Assembly (NCBI GenBank): GCA_963796055.1
Contig: CAWCKH010000004.1
Span: forward strand, 992,001 to 1,056,000
Source of the DNA: an uncultured delta proteobacterium
GTDB lineage: Bacteria > Myxococcota > Myxococcia > Myxococcales > Myxococcaceae
DNA: 64,000 bases
Direction of reading: 5' to 3'
A model generated the notes under the pieces. It made no database searches and was not told the origin of the DNA. It saw only the letters and a list, made by a program, of their open reading frames with translations. A program made the position numbers and the translations under genes. Positions 54,816 to 64,000 of this stretch are shown here, piece after piece (the first letter of the stretch is position 1; every line of letters begins with the position of its first letter).

Positions 54816-57047
54816 ATGGCGCCCCGACGAATGACTGAACGGCTGGAAGAGCATCTCGTCGCCCGCGGGCTGTTGAGCCAGGAACGGGCAGACGACGCCC
54901 TGCGCTCGCAGGCGCTGGTGGGCGGCGCCATGGACACGCTCCTCCTGGAGATGGGAGCGCTGCGCGAGCAGGATCTCGTCACCGCAATGGGGGAGATGAG
55001 CGGACTTCAGCCCATCTACCTCGCGGACTACGTCCCCAACCCGGCGATGGCCTCCGCCCTGCCGCGCGAAGAGGCCGAGCGGCTGAACATCGCCCCGCTG
55101 TCGATCGAGGAGGGGATGCTGCACGTCGCCGTCCCCTTCCCCGTGCCGATGCGCGGGCTGGAGATCCTGGTCCGGAAGCTGGGCCGCTCGGTGGCGCCGT
55201 GGGTCTCCACCGACGTGCGAGTCCGTGCCTGGCGCTCGCAGATCTACGGCACACCTCTGCCGGCCCGGGACACCTCGCTGCTGGGGACGCTCGGGCCCAC
55301 GCTCGAGGAGCGGCTCGCCACGGAGATGGCGGAGCAGGCTGCCCGCGCGGTCGCGGAGGAGCCGGTGCCGCTGGTGAATCCCCGCCCCGCACCGGAGCCA
55401 GCCCCCTCCCCGACCCCCGAGGCCGCGGCGACCTCGGCGTTGGAGCCGGCCAGCTCGCTGCTCGAGGCGCTCGAGGCCGGCGTCGCGGCTGCCGAGCCCG
55501 AGCTTCCCGTCTGGCGATCCGAGTCGACCGCGCCGCGCTTCCCGCGCCGGACCCGCGAGGAGCCGACGGACGGCGCGCCCGACCGCGAGCCGGTGGTCGA
55601 CTGGACCCTGTCCGATGCCCGCAGTGCGCTGCGTGCGGTGGCGGGCGACCGGGAGGGGCTGAAGGACGTCGTCCTCCGCTACGCGCGGCGCACCTTCGAT
55701 TTCGTGGCCGCGTTCGCCGTGGTGCGCGGCGCCGCGATGGGCTGGGACGCGCGCGGCGATGGCGCCGAGGCCATCTCCCTGCCTCAGGTCTCCTTCCCGC
55801 TCGACGTCCCGTCGGTGTTCCGCACCGCCGCGCTCGCGCACGCGTGCTACGCGGGGCCCGTTCCCGGCAACCCGCTCACCCGACAGGTACTGGAGTCGCT
55901 GGGGCGAGCGCCACGCTCGGTGTTCGTCTTCCCGGTGGAGGTGCGCGGGCGACTGGTGGCGGTCCTCTACGGCGACCGAGGGGAGCGGCCCGTCAGCCAG
56001 CGCCGCCTGTCGGAGCTGATCCTCTTTTGCCAGGACCTGGGCCAGGTCTTTGCCGAGCTGATCGTCCTCCGCAAGCAGCGGCGCTTTCCCGAGGAGGAGC
56101 CACCCGGGGAGAACGCCGGCACGATGGGGCTCACCGGTACCAGCGGTCGGACGCTGGAGAGCCTGGATCGTGCCCCGCCCGCGCCTGCTCCGGCCGACCT
56201 CGGCCCGGTGCTGCAACGGCTGGTGGGAACCGACGCCACGGCGCGCGCGGCCGCCATCTCCGAGCTCACCCGCGCCCCCGATGCCGCTGCCCGCGCGCTC
56301 GCCGCGCAGTTCCCCGGTCCGAGCGCCTGGAGCAGGGTCCCGGTGCAGGAGCTGCCGGCGCCGGACGAGCTGGGCCCGGTCCCTGCCGGCCTCGCCCGGC
56401 TCGGGGCGGCAGGAGCACGCGCGCTGGCGAGGTTCCTCGACGCACCCGAGCCGGAGATCCGGTACGTCGCCCTGCTCACCGCTGGCAGCCTGCCCTACCC
56501 GGAGCTGGTGCCGGGAGTGCTGCGGGGCCTGTTCGATCCCGAGCCGGACGTTGCCTCGGCGGCGCGTGCGGCCGCCACCGCGCTTCGCCGTCTTCCCCGC
56601 TTCCAGGCGGCGCTGCCCGATCTCCGCCAGGAGCTGGTGGCGAAGGATCCCGAGCGCCGGGTGCTCGCCGCCCGGGCGGTGGGGATGCTGCACGACCGGG
56701 CCTCCATCGAGGGGCTGATCGGCCTGACTGCGAGCGACGACGCACGGTCGGCACAGGGCGCTACGGAGGCGCTGAACGAGATCACCCGCGCCTCCTTCGG
56801 CACCAGCACCCATGCCTGGATGGCGTGGTGGGCGGAGAACAAGGGACGCCGGCGGGTGCAGTGGCTGCTGGCTGCGCTCCGGAACCCCGAGGCGTGGCTT
56901 CGGTCCGTCGCCGCGGAGGAGCTCGCCGCTGCGCTGGGGGACACGCTGGGCTACTCGCCGGATGCGCCCGAGCCGGAGCGAAGGCTGGCCATCGGCCGCT
57001 GGGAGGAGGCGCTCCTCGACCCGCGCCTCCGTACCGTCGACGGCTGA
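54816..57047 (+). CDS. GspE N-terminal-like domain plus HEAT-repeat protein (FrgA-like)
   Basis: LEEHLVARGLL..MDTLLLEMG N-terminus, GAF-like middle region, HEAT repeats, WMAWWAENK. Confidence 0.7.
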   Translation: MAPRRMTERLEEHLVARGLLSQERADDALRSQALVGGAMDTLLLEMGALREQDLVTAMGEMSGLQPIYLADYVPNPAMASALPREEAERLNIAPLSIEEGMLHVAVPFPVPMRGLEILVRKLGRSVAPWVSTDVRVRAWRSQIYGTPLPARDTSLLGTLGPTLEERLATEMAEQAARAVAEEPVPLVNPRPAPEPAPSPTPEAAATSALEPASSLLEALEAGVAAAEPELPVWRSESTAPRFPRRTREEPTDGAPDREPVVDWTLSDARSALRAVAGDREGLKDVVLRYARRTFDFVAAFAVVRGAAMGWDARGDGAEAISLPQVSFPLDVPSVFRTAALAHACYAGPVPGNPLTRQVLESLGRAPRSVFVFPVEVRGRLVAVLYGDRGERPVSQRRLSELILFCQDLGQVFAELIVLRKQRRFPEEEPPGENAGTMGLTGTSGRTLESLDRAPPAPAPADLGPVLQRLVGTDATARAAAISELTRAPDAAARALAAQFPGPSAWSRVPVQELPAPDELGPVPAGLARLGAAGARALARFLDAPEPEIRYVALLTAGSLPYPELVPGVLRGLFDPEPDVASAARAAATALRRLPRFQAALPDLRQELVAKDPERRVLAARAVGMLHDRASIEGLIGLTASDDARSAQGATEALNEITRASFGTSTHAWMAWWAENKGRRRVQWLLAALRNPEAWLRSVAAEELAAALGDTLGYSPDAPEPERRLAIGRWEEALLDPRLRTVDG

Positions 57048-57093
57048 GCATGGACACTGGCGCGCTCCTGCGAGCGGGACACGGGCCGATGGT

Positions 57094-57678
57094 TCAGAAC
57101 CGGCCCACCAGCCCGAAGCTCGCCCCGCCGGGCCCGACGGCGACCGCCGGGAGTAGAACCGGGGACGTGGCCGCGGTGGGCGGAGCGGGCTGGTCCGACG
57201 AGGAGAGCTCGTAACCGATCACCGCACCCGCCACCGGGAGCAGCAAGGTCAGCGCGTAGGTCGCCTTGGCGGCCGAGCTGTCGCTCCCGGAGCGGATGAG
57301 GCCATAGATGCCGTACCCCACGCCCAGCCCGGCCACGCTGCTGAGCCAGCTGATGATGAAGCTCCCCTGGCGGCCCAGCAGCTTGCCGGTGAGCGAGACG
57401 CCGATCGGCGCACCCACCGAGACGCCGATGGCCGCGCCCACCTGTGCCGCCGAGCGCCGGGAGGCGTCGTCCCCTTGCGTGTTCAGCGTCTCCCAGATGA
57501 CCCACGCCGAGGCTCCGCCGATGACGAACCCGCCGAGGATGCCGCCGCCGGTCTCGGCCCCCACGCGAAGCAGGGGCGGGACCGGCTCGGTGGCGGCGTC
57601 CGGCGCGGGCTCGGCCCGGGCAGCCAGCGAGACGAGGGCGGCGAGGGCGACGCAGCGAGCGCGGGTCGGCGGGGTCAC
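57094..57678 (-). CDS. Hypothetical Gly-rich membrane or exported protein
   Basis: Signal peptide, glycine-zipper TM segments, C-terminal GLVGRF. Confidence 0.7.
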   Translation of the reverse strand: MTPPTRARCVALAALVSLAARAEPAPDAATEPVPPLLRVGAETGGGILGGFVIGGASAWVIWETLNTQGDDASRRSAAQVGAAIGVSVGAPIGVSLTGKLLGRQGSFIISWLSSVAGLGVGYGIYGLIRSGSDSSAAKATYALTLLLPVAGAVIGYELSSSDQPAPPTAATSPVLLPAVAVGPGGASFGLVGRF

Positions 57679-57771
57679 CGGGGCAGGGTGTCGGGCTTCC
57701 GGTCCGGCCGGTCACCGGGGCTCCGACGAGCGGCGGAGCATCCTGGCACACGTGCTAAAGCCCCTGCCACC

Positions 57772-59334
<1,563 letters not shown>

Positions 59335-59537
59335 GAACATCCCGCTTCAGGGCGGTCTCGTTCCGGACCAGCCGTGCAGGTGTGACAACCGCGCACGATG
59401 TCGCCTGTGACACCCCTGGGGTCCTCGCACGCAACTTCCGGGTGTCTGCCGCCCCGCGGGTCTCGAAGGACTTGCGGGTGGTAGGCATTCGTGTGTCTCA
59501 TGGCGGCGCTGCAGGAGTACTTCTCCAGGGGGACCAC

Positions 59538-60620
59538 ATGCACCGCACGGCGAGATTCACCGTCGTCATGCTGCTCAGCAGCCTGGTGGTCATCGGGTGT
59601 GGGCAGGGGGCCGGAGTCGACACTTCCTCCTTCTCGGATCGGCAGATCTTCGAGGGCATCGTCTTCGGTGCCGGTCCGGTGGCGAGCCTGCTCCCGGAGG
59701 CACGCGACCAGCTGCGGCCGGAGCTCTACGTGAAGAGCGGGGGCGAGCTGAGCGCGCTGGCGGACGCACGGGGCGCGGTCATCGACGCGATCGAGCGTGC
59801 CCAGCCTGGCTTCCTCGCGGAATTCGCACGCGCAGCTCGGAGCGGGAATCCCGCTGAAGTACAGGCCATGCTCGCGCGAGCGGCCCGCGCGATCTCCGCA
59901 GCGTCCTCCGCCCTGACCGCGGCCCGCGGCCCGAACGTTCCGGTCGACCTCGTCGCCCGCGGGCCGAACGTCCCCGTCGACACCGCCCGCGGCCCGAACG
60001 TTCCGGTCGACCTCGTCGCCCGCGGGCCGAACGTCCCCGTCGACACCGCCCGCGGCCCGAACGTTCCGGTCGACCTCGTCGCCCGCGGGCCGAACGTCCC
60101 CGTCGACACCGCCCGCGGCCCGAACGTCCCGGTCGACCTCGTCGCCCGCGGCCCGAACGTTCCGGTCGACCTCGTCGCCCGCGGGCCGAACGTCCCCGTC
60201 GACACCGCCCGCGGCCCGAACGTTCCGGTCGACCTCGTCGCCCGTGGGCCGAACGTCCCCGTCGACACCGCCCGCAGCCCGAACGTTCCGGTCGACCTCG
60301 TCGCCCGTGGGCCGAACGTCCCCGTCGACACCGCCCGCAGCCCGAACGTTCCGGTCGACCTCGTCGCCCGTGGGCCGAACGTCCCCGTCGACACCGCCCG
60401 CAGCCCGAACGTTCCGGTCGACCTCGTCGCCCGTGGGCCGAACGTCCCCGTCGACACCGCCCGCAGCCCGAACGTTCCGGTCGACCTCGTCGCCCGTGGG
60501 CCGAACGTCCCCGTCGTGAGCGTGCATCCGGCCTGGAATCTCTTCACCAGCAGGCTCTTCTCCGAGCAGCTCGCCAACTCCGTGGCCATCACGCTCGCTC
60601 AGCGGGGCAGCGAGAACTGA
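59538..60620 (+). CDS. sdpC: SdpC-like precursor lipoprotein (360 aa) with a 19-copy repeat core
   Basis: AGGGGG RBS; VIGC lipobox; FSDRQIFEGIVFGAGPVASLLPE and ARSGNPAEVQAML resemble the SdpC pro-domain; first gene of an operon with sdpA/sdpB. Confidence 0.75.
   Translation: MHRTARFTVVMLLSSLVVIGCGQGAGVDTSSFSDRQIFEGIVFGAGPVASLLPEARDQLRPELYVKSGGELSALADARGAVIDAIERAQPGFLAEFARAARSGNPAEVQAMLARAARAISAASSALTAARGPNVPVDLVARGPNVPVDTARGPNVPVDLVARGPNVPVDTARGPNVPVDLVARGPNVPVDTARGPNVPVDLVARGPNVPVDLVARGPNVPVDTARGPNVPVDLVARGPNVPVDTARSPNVPVDLVARGPNVPVDTARSPNVPVDLVARGPNVPVDTARSPNVPVDLVARGPNVPVDTARSPNVPVDLVARGPNVPVVSVHPAWNLFTSRLFSEQLANSVAITLAQRGSEN
59922..60515 (+). repeat. Coding tandem array: 10 x 33 nt, 8 x 30 nt and one partial unit, AR[G/S]PNVPVD(LV/T)
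   Basis: Counted directly; in frame throughout. Confidence 0.97.
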
Positions 60621-61132
60621 GGGCAAGACCGCGACAGCTGGCGCGGCTGATCGCCGCGGCGATCGTCTTCCTGACGTGCGTCACGTGGCTCGACTCGCCC
60701 CTGCGGCCATCCGCCACCAAGCGGCTGCAGATGCTGGCCGTCGCTCCGCAGTTCTGGGGATTCTTCGCCTCTCCCCGCGAGGAGCGAACCGAGGTTTTCA
60801 GGCTCCGGAACGGAGCCTGGGAGCGTGCCGACGCCCCGCTGGCCGCAACGGCGAACCTCCTCGGTCTCCGCCGGGCGGTGGTGAACCACGGTGCCGAGTT
60901 CCGGACTCTCGAGGCGCAGGTGGGAAACGGGTGGAGTAGCGCCACGCTCACCCCCGAGCAGCTCCCAGACACCGCCGTCGAGCCGGTGGTGGTCCGCAAC
61001 CTCGCACGGCAACCACAGCTCTGCGGCGAGGTCCTTCTCGTCGCGCGGCCACCCCTGCCCTGGGCCTGGGCGCGCTCGAGCAGCAAAGTCGAGCTTCCCA
61101 CCCGGTATGCCCGGTTGAGCATCCGGTGTTGA
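60617..61132 (+). CDS. sdpA: SdpA-family protein (CTG start overlapping the upstream stop proposed; first ATG at 60731)
   Basis: PQFWGFFASPRE, NLLGLRR, PQLCG, PLPWAW, terminal Cys; in-frame TM segment upstream of the ATG. Confidence 0.82.
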   Translation: MRARPRQLARLIAAAIVFLTCVTWLDSPLRPSATKRLQMLAVAPQFWGFFASPREERTEVFRLRNGAWERADAPLAATANLLGLRRAVVNHGAEFRTLEAQVGNGWSSATLTPEQLPDTAVEPVVVRNLARQPQLCGEVLLVARPPLPWAWARSSSKVELPTRYARLSIRC

Positions 61133-62031
61133 CTCGCAGGGACAGACCCTGGACCAACGTCTACGGCGTCGCACGCTCGGTGCTCGCCCTGGCGACGCTG
61201 CTCACGCTGCTCGCCGATTCGAGCGAACGGCTCTTCCATCCGCTGGTGGTCGATGACCCCGGCGTCTTCGACCGGAGCGCCCTCGCCGGCGCGAGCCTGT
61301 TCTTTCTCGCTCGCAACCACTTGACCGCGGCGAAGCTGCTGGCGATCGCCGTCCTCGCGCTGGTCATCGTCGGCTGGCGACCACGCTTCACCGCACTGCC
61401 GCACTGGTGGATCTCGTACAGCTTCGCAGCATCGGCCTCGATGATCGACGGCGGCGACCAGATCGCCGCGACGCTCACATTGCTCCTCCTTCCCGTCGCG
61501 CTGACCGATCGTCGCTCTTCGCACTGGCGAGGGACCGGAAGCGGCGGTCCCGCTGCCTCCATCGCCGCGCAGACCGGGTGGGTCCTCATCCGGGTGCAGA
61601 TGGCGGTCGTCTATCTGTTCGCGGCGGTGCTGAAGTTTCCGAACGAGGAGTGGGCCAACGGCACCGCGCTGTACTACTGGTGGCGAAACCCCACCTTCGG
61701 CGCCGCGGGTCTGCTCCATCCGGTGACCGACTGGATCGGTCGGACAGTTCTGGTCGTCCCGCTCACCTGGAGCGTTCTGGTGGTCGAGCTATGCCTGGCC
61801 GCGGCACTGGTCGCTCCACTCAGGTTTCGCAGGATGCTGCTCCCCATCGGGTTGATCTTTCACCTCGGTATCGCAGTCACCCACGGCCTCATCACCTTCG
61901 CCCTCACCATGTCGGCCGCGCTGGTGCTCTACCTCCGCCCGGCCTGGCGACCGTTCGCTCTGCCCGAGCTCATCCGCCGCCCGGTCGCGCGCTCCTCGGA
62001 GCCGGTGGCGCGCGTCACCGTCGCGCCGTGA
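61126..62031 (+). CDS. sdpB: SdpB-family HTTM-domain membrane protein
   Basis: PWTNVYGVARS, GWRPRFTALPHWW, DGGDQI, TDRR..HW, IRVQMAVVY, EWANGTALYYW, FHLGIA. Confidence 0.9.
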   Translation: MLTRRDRPWTNVYGVARSVLALATLLTLLADSSERLFHPLVVDDPGVFDRSALAGASLFFLARNHLTAAKLLAIAVLALVIVGWRPRFTALPHWWISYSFAASASMIDGGDQIAATLTLLLLPVALTDRRSSHWRGTGSGGPAASIAAQTGWVLIRVQMAVVYLFAAVLKFPNEEWANGTALYYWWRNPTFGAAGLLHPVTDWIGRTVLVVPLTWSVLVVELCLAAALVAPLRFRRMLLPIGLIFHLGIAVTHGLITFALTMSAALVLYLRPAWRPFALPELIRRPVARSSEPVARVTVAP

Positions 62032-62085
62032 CCCATCCTCGATCAGCGGGGAGCCTGAGGCGCAGGCGATCGTGGATGCTGAACT

Positions 62086-62280
62086 TTGCGCCCCGAGCAG
62101 CCGCCCGCCCAGCCTTCGACGACCGCCGAGCGGCACGCGTGGATGCTGCAGACCCTGCGTGCCGCCGTGGCCCGGGCCTGTCCGTCCGACCTCGCCGCAC
62201 ACCGCGAGGACCTCGTCCAGGCAGCCCTTCTCCGGGTCCTCGAGCGCGAGGGACGGGGTGAGCAGAACCATGTCCGGACG
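62086..62280 (+). pseudogene. 5' fragment of an ECF sigma factor (start of region 2 only)
   Basis: LRAAVARACPSDLAAHREDLVQAALLRVLE resembles ECF region 2 (EDLVQ); no region 4 follows. Confidence 0.55.
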
Positions 62281-62925
62281 GCTCCGGGCCGCCTGGGCCG
62301 CCCGTCCTCCCACCTCACCAGGGGCGGATTGCCCGCCGGCAGACGCCATCTGGGAGGCGGTCGCCGGGGATCGGTCCGAGGACGAGGTGCGGACGATGCT
62401 CGCCCACAGCGTCGGCTGTCCGGACTGCTCGGCGCTCTGGCGTCTGGCCCGCGAGCTGCGCAGCGCCGGAGAGGCGGACACTGCGGCAACCCTACCCGCA
62501 GAGCCGGTTCCGCTCCGGCGCCCGTCGGCGGGGTGCTGGCTCGTGGTCGCGGGCACGCTCGCCGCAGCAGCAGTGGTGGTGTTCGCGATCCTGCTCGGCG
62601 ACGGGACACGCGGTCCGTCCCCGGTCGTCCGTGGGACCGAGGAGTCCCGGCTCCGGGCCGATCCGGCCAGCGCGACGCTCGCGCGGGCACATCCGGTCCT
62701 CCGCTGGAGTGCGCACCGGAGGGCAGCCGCTACACCGTGGTGGTCTCCAAGCGTGACCTCACCGTGCTCTACCGGAAGAGCGGTCTGGTGACCTCGGAGC
62801 TCGAGCTCCCGGCCGAGGCGCTCACCGACGTCCCCGCGGGCGGCGAGATCGTCTGGCGGGTGGAGGCGATCGCTCCCGGCGGTCGCCGGATCTCCTCGGA
62901 GGCGTTCCTCAGCCGCGTACAGTAG
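62270..62925 (+). CDS. Zinc-binding anti-sigma-like membrane protein; frameshift near 62715
   Basis: CPPADAIW..HSVGCPDC (HxxxCxxC), TM segment, periplasmic beta domain ending WRVEA..SSEAF. Confidence 0.65.
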
Positions 62926-63042
62926 TGCCCCATCGGGCGGTGGCTTCCCTGCAGCCAATGGTCGGCCGGCTGCAAGCCCCGCACCCCTACCTTGCCCCCC
63001 CTGGGCGGGCGTGAGATCTCCCGGGGCACCGCGAGGTTCGTC

Positions 63043-63393
63043 ATGCGCAAGGACTCCCCGGTCGTCGCCTGCTCCATCGCCGCGCTGATCTTGGTCGTCA
63101 CCGGCGCCGCGCTCGTACCGTCCTCCGCCTGGCGCGCAGCGTCCGTCGTCGCCCGCCTCGCCCCCACGCTGGTCACCACCGCTTCCGCCCACGGGTCGAC
63201 CGCCGCGAGAGCGGCCGGGCTGGGTGTGCGCGCCGCGCCCGGACTGTTCCGCGAGGCTCCCCCGGCCGAGCGCCAGTCCGCGCCTCAGGTCCGGGTGTGC
63301 CGGCGTGACGCCCCGCGTTCGTGCAACCGGCCCGTGGAGTGCCCGCGGCAGATGATCCAGCGGCTGCACCTGATCTTCCCGATCGACGGCTGA
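63043..63393 (+). CDS. Small hypothetical protein with N-terminal hydrophobic segment
   Basis: GAGG RBS then ATG; hydrophobic N-terminus; three C-terminal Cys. Confidence 0.45.
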   Translation: MRKDSPVVACSIAALILVVTGAALVPSSAWRAASVVARLAPTLVTTASAHGSTAARAAGLGVRAAPGLFREAPPAERQSAPQVRVCRRDAPRSCNRPVECPRQMIQRLHLIFPIDG

Positions 63394-63516
63394 GCAGCAG
63401 CCGGTCTCGCCCGACCTCTTCGCCGACCGTGCGTGGGCGAGGGCCCGGACGCTGGCGCCTGTGCGGGGAGGACGCTAGGCAATGGCCGCTCCGTCTGCGC
63501 GTTGTCCCCGGTCACG

Positions 63517-64000
63517 ATGCCTGCACTTCTCCGCCGTCTTCTTCTCGCTCCCATCCCGCGGCTCGCCTGGACCGGCGTCCTCGCGTGGCTGCTGGCGCGG
63601 ATCCTCTTCTGGCTCGCGCCGTCCCTGGCGCGGGCGCCGAACATCCTGCTGACCGGGGCGATCCGGAACGCGGTGATGACCGTGATCGTCTTCTCGCTCG
63701 GCCTCTGGCTCTTCGAGCGGAAGACGCCGCGTGAGGCGGGGCTCGCACCGGCGCGCGCGGTGCCGGACACGGTGCGCGGGTTTCTCCTCGGTGCGGCGTT
63801 GCTCACCGCGGTCACCGGGGTGCTGGCGCTGGCAGGCTGCTACCACCTGGTCGGGTGGGCGCCGGTGCCGGAGGGCACGACGCGGGGCGCGCTCCTCGGC
63901 CGGGTGCTGCTGCTCTTCTTCGCGGTCGCCATCTTCGAGGAGGTGGCGGTCCGCGGCATCGTCTTCCGCCTGCTCGAGCAGGGCATCGGGACCTGGCTGG
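63517..64000 (+). CDS. CPBP (Abi/CAAX) intramembrane metalloprotease (3' end truncated by window edge)
   Basis: My own translation from ATG 63517: several TM segments and AIFEEVAVRGIVFRLLE (EExxxR motif). Confidence 0.85.
   Translation, partial: MPALLRRLLLAPIPRLAWTGVLAWLLARILFWLAPSLARAPNILLTGAIRNAVMTVIVFSLGLWLFERKTPREAGLAPARAVPDTVRGFLLGAALLTAVTGVLALAGCYHLVGWAPVPEGTTRGALLGRVLLLFFAVAIFEEVAVRGIVFRLLEQGIGTWL

Noticed and set aside
52235..56813. Long antisense ORFs (e.g. 53862-56813, 52235-53755) and similar Arg/Pro/Gly-rich shadow ORFs throughout
   Set aside because: Expected in very GC-rich DNA; they mirror well-supported genes and have no motifs.
59922..60515. Possible CRISPR array
   Set aside because: No unique spacers, units are multiples of three within an ORF, and no cas genes are present.
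62086..62925. 279-aa ORF as one genuine protein
   Set aside because: Its middle is off-frame translation of the anti-sigma gene; it stays open only because of the apparent deletion plus a frameshift near 62715.

Overview
High-GC chromosomal window that looks myxobacterial (oar/mlpA, FrgA-like and RDD proteins, a Ser/Thr kinase, pccB); the taxonomy is inferred from gene content only. Most of it is housekeeping or accessory genes: mfd, argE, hutF, ligD, lhr, a NatAB-like ABC pair, hemW, an M16 peptidase, prmA-rsmE and pccB. Several genes carry single-base frameshifts that look like long-read assembly errors. Two systems stand out. (1) An sdpC-sdpA-sdpB operon at 59.5-62.0 kb. Its SdpC-like lipoprotein precursor has the usual hydrophobic, disulfide-bonded toxin core replaced by 19 tandem A-R-[G/S]-P-N-V-P-V-D-(LV/T) repeats, a candidate new multi-core RiPP. 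A deleted ECF sigma/anti-sigma pair and a CPBP protease follow it. (2) A REP-like hairpin family, GTAA-CGAGGTG-TCTGG-CACC(TCG), at about 11 loci, with a RAYT-like HUH transposase between two of its clusters. One copy is the exact target of a complete IS4-family (IS10-like) element with a 9-bp TSD, one sits in frame inside lhr, and one begins a ~105-bp duplication of the ligD 5' end. I found no tRNA, rRNA or CRISPR array.
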